A stretch of 64,000 bases of DNA from an uncultured delta proteobacterium. Its GTDB lineage: Bacteria > Desulfobacterota > Desulfomonilia > UBA1062. Under the pieces are notes generated by a model. The model was not told the DNA's origin. It did not search any database and was given only the letters and a program-made list of their open reading frames with translations. The stretch is from contig CAWAUM010000001.1 in the NCBI GenBank assembly GCA_963785235.1, positions 128,001 to 192,000 of the forward strand, in the 5' to 3' direction. The position numbers were made by a program, and so were the translations under genes. Below, piece after piece: positions 59,060-64,000 of this stretch; position 1 is the stretch's first letter; the number at the start of each line of letters is the position of its first letter.

Positions 59060-60583
59060 ATGATAGAAATCCTCTTAAAGCGATCCGTCAAGGATATTGC
59101 GGTTTATTTCCCCGGTAAACTGCTGCCGGCACTCGCAGCGTTCATAACAATTCCCATTTTTGCGCGTCTCTTCCGGCCTGAGGAATATGGTGTTCTGGCT
59201 GTTATCGGCATGTTTACCTCGGCAGGCGTTATCGCTGTAAGCAACTGGTTGTCTAACAGTGTGATGCGGTTTCTTCCCCACTATCGGAGGCAGGGACAGC
59301 TGAACCGGTTCTACTCAAATCTGCTGTGCGCATCCGCCTTATCTCTGATGGTCTGCACCATAGTAGCCGTTCCTGTCTACTTTGTCGCAAGGGCCACTGT
59401 GAGTGAGAACGTATTTCGCCTTTTCCCGTTGGCCGGAGGGATTATTGTCATCAGTACCTTGTATGCAATTTTCCAGACAGTCCTCAGGGCCGACCAGAGG
59501 TCTAAACTTTTTGTGGGGTTCGATCTGCTTCAAGTATTTGGGGCATTGGCCATTGGTTTTACTTTGGTAATTGCGCTGGATTTTGGTGTGGAAGGCATCT
59601 TATTGGGGTCATTGGCAGCCATGACAACAGCCAGTCTAGGCATGGGGTGGTGGCTATTGTGGCAAGGTATTGAATTAAAAATAGCCCACATCTCAAGTGA
59701 GACACTCAGAGAATTTTCTGTTTATGGTTTACCCCTTGGAATTGCTGCCATGGGCTCGTGGATTTTGACGCTCTCTGATCGATACATTATAGAATTTTTC
59801 AGGGGGACTTACGAGGTCGGCGTTTATTCAATGAGTTACAGCTTAGCCAGCAAGAGCATTAACCTGGTGGTTTCTCCTCTCATGCTGGCTGTTGGTCCGA
59901 TCCTTATCAATACATGGGAAAGCGAACACAAGGACGCAACGCCGCAATTGCTGGGGCAGATCACCCGCATAACCCTGCTTCTGGTTGTTCCCATGGTAGT
60001 GGGACTATCAGTGCTTGCTGTCCCTGTGTTTCGGGTTATGACGACCGATGCATATCTTCCAGGTGCTAGGGCTCTACCTTGGGTTGCCCTGGGCACGTTT
60101 CTCTACAGTCTTAATTTTCAGGCCTATACCGGACTGATTGTAGCAAAAAAAACCATGATAATGGCTCGAAACTATTTTATAGCAGGTTTGATAAATGTGC
60201 TGCTCAATATATTTCTGGTGCCGCGTTTCGGATTTGTGGCCGCGGCTGTAAATACGGCTGTATCGTATGGGATGCTGCTGGCGCTGAACATATTCTCTGC
60301 AAATAGATACCTTCCATGGATCTTTCCCTGGAGAACACTATGGAATGCGCTGTTCGCATCGGGTGCAATGGCATTGATGATTGTTATGGCTGGAGCATAT
60401 GTCCGGCCGAGCCTGTTTTTTCTGGCGCTTACCATTGTGGCAGGGATCTGTATTTACATGATTTTTATGATAGGGCTGCAAGAGATCAGAAGCAATGAAA
60501 TGAAGGCATTGAAGGGTATGGTCTCTTCAACAGCTGTCTTTGGTATATGGAAAAGGCTTTGTTGTCATAAAAAACAGGTTTAG
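59060..60583 (+). CDS. Wzx/MOP flippase
   Basis: PIFARLFRPEEYG, YGLPL, SDRYII, EVGVYS, NIFLVPRFG..AA. Confidence 0.88.
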   Translation: MIEILLKRSVKDIAVYFPGKLLPALAAFITIPIFARLFRPEEYGVLAVIGMFTSAGVIAVSNWLSNSVMRFLPHYRRQGQLNRFYSNLLCASALSLMVCTIVAVPVYFVARATVSENVFRLFPLAGGIIVISTLYAIFQTVLRADQRSKLFVGFDLLQVFGALAIGFTLVIALDFGVEGILLGSLAAMTTASLGMGWWLLWQGIELKIAHISSETLREFSVYGLPLGIAAMGSWILTLSDRYIIEFFRGTYEVGVYSMSYSLASKSINLVVSPLMLAVGPILINTWESEHKDATPQLLGQITRITLLLVVPMVVGLSVLAVPVFRVMTTDAYLPGARALPWVALGTFLYSLNFQAYTGLIVAKKTMIMARNYFIAGLINVLLNIFLVPRFGFVAAAVNTAVSYGMLLALNIFSANRYLPWIFPWRTLWNALFASGAMALMIVMAGAYVRPSLFFLALTIVAGICIYMIFMIGLQEIRSNEMKALKGMVSSTAVFGIWKRLCCHKKQV

Positions 60584-60589
60584 GTAACA

Positions 60590-61800
60590 ATGCGAATAGG
60601 AATGGTCCTGACAAAAAGATTTCCTCCTGATATTCGCGTAGAAAAAGAAGCCAGTGTGTTGAAACGAGAGCATCAGCTTTTTATGCTGTGTCCGAGACGA
60701 GGCAATCAAAAAGCTGAAGAAATGTGTAACGGCCTTCATGTGCAGCGTGTTTTCTCTACGCCCGGAAGGTGGTGGGCTAATGGACGGCTCATGGCAACCT
60801 GCTCAAGTGTTGCCTGGAAGAAAGCTCTAAACGCTTATGCGGTAGAACATAAAATCGATGTACTGCATGTTCATGATTTGCCTTTACTCGGTGATGCATT
60901 GGAAGTTGCCCGAAAATTGGATCTGCCCGTAGTTGCAGATTTGCACGAAAATTATCCTGAGATGATGGCTCAAGCCCTGCATGATACCCGGTATGGAAGA
61001 ATGTCCGCGGCTCAGCTGGTGCAACGCCTCACGGTATCCATCGACAAATGGCGTAGGTACGAGCGCCGGACTGTCCCCCGGGCCGATGCGGTGATCGTGG
61101 TAATAGAGGAGGCACGAGAACGCATTCTCCGTCTCGGCGTAGCGCCGGAACGTATCCATATAGTGGCTAACTATACCCCCCTGGCGGACCGCGCTGTTAA
61201 AATCGACAAGAAGCATGAATGTGCAGCAGATGAAAAGTTCAAAGTAGTTTATGCAGGGGGGTTTGTCGCCACCCGAGAACTGCATACAGTGATAGATGCA
61301 GTTGCCCTCTTGTCTCAGGCAGAGACACCCGGTCTGCAAGTGGTATTGATCGGAGGCCATGAGGCTGCAATAAAGGCACTTCAGCGCTATATTGATAAAA
61401 AGCGGGTTCAGGATCGAGTTGTTCTGGTTGATTGGCGGCCGCTGGAAGAGGTGATGGAACACATTCAATCCAGTCAGGTTGGCCTGGCGCCGCTGGTTAA
61501 ATCACCCCACAACGATGCATCAATCAATCACAAACTGTTCCAGTATATGATCTGCAGGCGTCCGGTCATCGCTTCTAACTGCATACCCATGGAGCGGATT
61601 GTTAAAGAAACCGGCTGTGGTTTGGTTTACCCCTCAGGTGATGTAGCGGCTCTGGCCATGTGCCTGAAGCGATTGTATGATGATCCGGAGATGCGCGACC
61701 GCATGGGAAATGCAGGTTATAAGGCTGTTCAGGATAAATATAACTGGGAAAGTACCGGGCAGACGCTTTACAACTCTATCGCCAGCTGGCGTCGGTATAG
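60590..61800 (+). CDS. GT4 glycosyltransferase (likely frameshift near 61770; probable true end QLYRQLASV* at 61800)
   Basis: PPDIRVEKEA, HVHDLP, DLHENYP, KLFQYM...PVIAS, YNW. Confidence 0.85.
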
Positions 61801-61808
61801 GCAGAGAT

Positions 61809-62921
61809 ATGGGTCCACATTTGCCATCTCACCTCGGTTCATTCCCCCTTTGATACGCGCATTTTTTACAAAGAGTGCCTGTCATTGGTAGAAGCAGGCT
61901 ACCAGGTGACCCTCATTGCACCCCATACCCATGATGAAACGGTTCAAGGAGTAAGAATTCTTGCGCTGCCTTCTTCCAGTAATCGAATGAGCCGAATGAC
62001 CCTTAGGGTATGGCGTGTTTATCAACTCGCAAAAAATCTGAATGCTGACCTCTACCACTTCCATGACCCGGAGTTGATTCCACTGGGGATACTTCTGAAA
62101 GGTACTCGGTAAAAAGGTCATCTACGACGTACACGAAGACGTACCTCGTCAGACCCTCAGCAAACACTATCTGCCTTGGATAATTCGAAAACCAGTGGCT
62201 TGGGTTATCAGCGCTGTGGAATGGTTTGGTACAAAGGCTTTCAATGCCATCGTCCCGGCAACTCCCAAGATTGCCGAGCACTTTCCCGCCAGCAAAACAG
62301 TTACGAGTGCAGAATTTTCCTATTGGTAACTGAACTGATTGCGTCAAGCACGATCCCTTATAGAGAAGCGTCCACTAAGCTTTGTATATGTTGGCGTTAT
62401 TACGACAACAGCGGGGCTAATTGAGATGGTCCGTGCATTTGAGTTGCTTGCATGACATCTCCGGGGTAAGACTCGAACTGGCTGGTAAGTTCAGCCCATC
62501 CAGCCTTGAAGATATACTGCTGGATACTTCCGGGGTGGGCCACAGTGCATTATCATGGGCAGGTCTCGCGAGCACATTTGGCCCAGATTATGGGTAAGGT
62601 CAGAGCCGGATTGGTATTGTTTCACCCGTTGCCTAACCACATCGACGCCCAACCACACAAGATGTTCGAGTACATGTCTGTTGGCCTCCCTGTTATTGCA
62701 TCCGAATTCTCCGCTATGGAGGCAGATCATCGATGATGCGGGGTGCGGCTTACTTGTTGATCCATTGAATCCCAAGGCAATAGCAGAGGCGCTTCGCTGG
62801 ATTCTAGATCATCCCGCAGAAGCCGAAGCCATGGGGCGGCATGGCCGAAAAGCAGTGGAATTTAAAGTACAACTGGGATATCGAAGCAATCAAGCTAATA
62901 AGCTTGTACAACAAGTTATGA
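61809..62921 (+). pseudogene. GT4 glycosyltransferase broken by several frameshifts (possibly sequencing errors)
   Basis: Fragments HLTSVHSPFDTRIFYKEC, YHFHDPEL, YDVHED, PHKMFEYMSVGLPVIAS, CGLLVDP, YNWDIEAIKL in different frames. Confidence 0.75.
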
Positions 62922-62961
62922 ACCCAAGATGGAGTCATTCAAAAAGGTCATAAGAGGATCT

Positions 62962-63135
62962 ATTATTCTTCACTATGAGATGGGCAATCTCGCCTCAATC
63001 CAAAATATGTTTAAAAAGGTGGGGGTATTAAGTAGTATGATTAGTGAACCTGAAGGAAATCGGCGATGCACGAGTATCACTAATTAATCCTGACATGGGA
63101 AAATTCGATAACGCTATGCGGCAGATTGAGTCGTG
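62962..63135 (+). pseudogene. N-terminal remnant of a HisH/WbuY-type glutamine amidotransferase
   Basis: IILHYEMGNLASIQNMFKKVG...KEIGDA...LINPDMGKFDNAMRQI versus the HisH pattern IIDYGMGNL.S...F...G...LILPGVG.FD.AM; no start codon, truncated. Confidence 0.7.
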
Positions 63136-63142
63136 GGTGATA

Positions 63143-64000
63143 ATGACTGACAGTATAAAAAGGGATTATATTATTACCTTCCTTGTGACTCTGGGGGTTA
63201 TAGGAGCAACGGTTATCTTGTATAGGCTAGCACAGTCGCAATTCGGGACACAGGGATTTTATGCGTCTCGTTTGTGAAGAGGATCATTGCTTTTCTGGCG
63301 CCTATCATGGCAATTGGAATGGGTGTAGGTGTCCCGCGTGAAGTAGCACGTGTAAATGGCACTGATGCTGATGAGAAAAAATATGAAATTCTGAGAAATT
63401 CATTGTTCATAACAGTTGTACTGTTTGCTGCACTCTTTATTATAATAAATGTATTTACTGGATTCCTGGCTAATCTTTTTTTTGGTGATAGTAAATTCCA
63501 CTACCTTCTGAATCCCACGGTTATGTGTTTGCTCGGTGGAATGCTGAGTAGTCTTGTATATTCATATTATCGTGGTCTGAACAGTTTTTTAATCGCAAAT
63601 CTTATACAATTGGTGAACCTCCTAATATTCCCTCTCATTGTCTTTCTGTTGAGTTCGGATATTTCTGCTTACTTAGTCATGTATGGGGTTTTATCATCAC
63701 TGATGAGTATGGTCTTTATCGCAAAACATATTTTTCGTGGATCTGGTACATTCATTAATTTGCCCCTTCTCTTAAGTGTTACCAGGTACAGTATTAAAAG
63801 GCTTCCAGGAGACATCGCCCTCCAATTGATGTTTGTAATACCCCCTGTACTGACTGCCCACATGCTGGACTTCAATGCTGCCGGAGACATATCTTTTAGT
63901 CTCACTATCCTGACACTTATTACGATCCCACTATCGCCTATAAGCGTTTTGCTACTCCCTAAGGCAATGATGTGGATTAAGGATGGTAGGACTAGACTAT
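63143..64000 (+). CDS. Wzx-like flippase, partial (frameshift near 63262; runs off the window)
   Basis: MTDSIKRDYIITF...FGTQGF, then GMGVGVPREVA, YSYYRG, RLPGD, VLLLPK; hydrophobic and AT-rich. Confidence 0.7.

Overview
Bacterial chromosomal window. Gene content and order suggest an anaerobic deltaproteobacterium (Desulfobacterota-like); this is inference. 1-28 kb holds core and metabolic genes: aldehyde:ferredoxin oxidoreductase with a two-domain class II aldolase, tatA, phenylacetate-CoA ligase, pgk-tpiA-secG, a four-subunit 2-oxoacid:ferredoxin oxidoreductase with an ACT protein, three Hsp20s behind a sigma32-like promoter, two radical SAM proteins, radC, ntrY/ntrX, lpxC, tatBC, a BtuFCD-like ABC transporter and a sigma54-type two-gene membrane operon. 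28-39 kb is a flagellar/chemotaxis operon (flhB-flhA-flhF-flhG-fliA-cheY-fliL) extended by HEAT-HDOD-CheR-CheY. 39.5-64 kb is a mosaic surface-polysaccharide locus. The most striking non-genic signal is a dispersed intergenic element of about 100-170 bp, present in four clear copies and one degenerate copy. It is built around a perfect 22-24 bp hairpin whose sequence differs between copies only by fully compensatory changes; one copy has an inverted loop, and some copies carry TIR-like ends. About a dozen otherwise intact genes carry single-base frameshifts, mostly insertions, most likely long-read consensus errors. I saw no tRNA, rRNA, CRISPR array or transposase.
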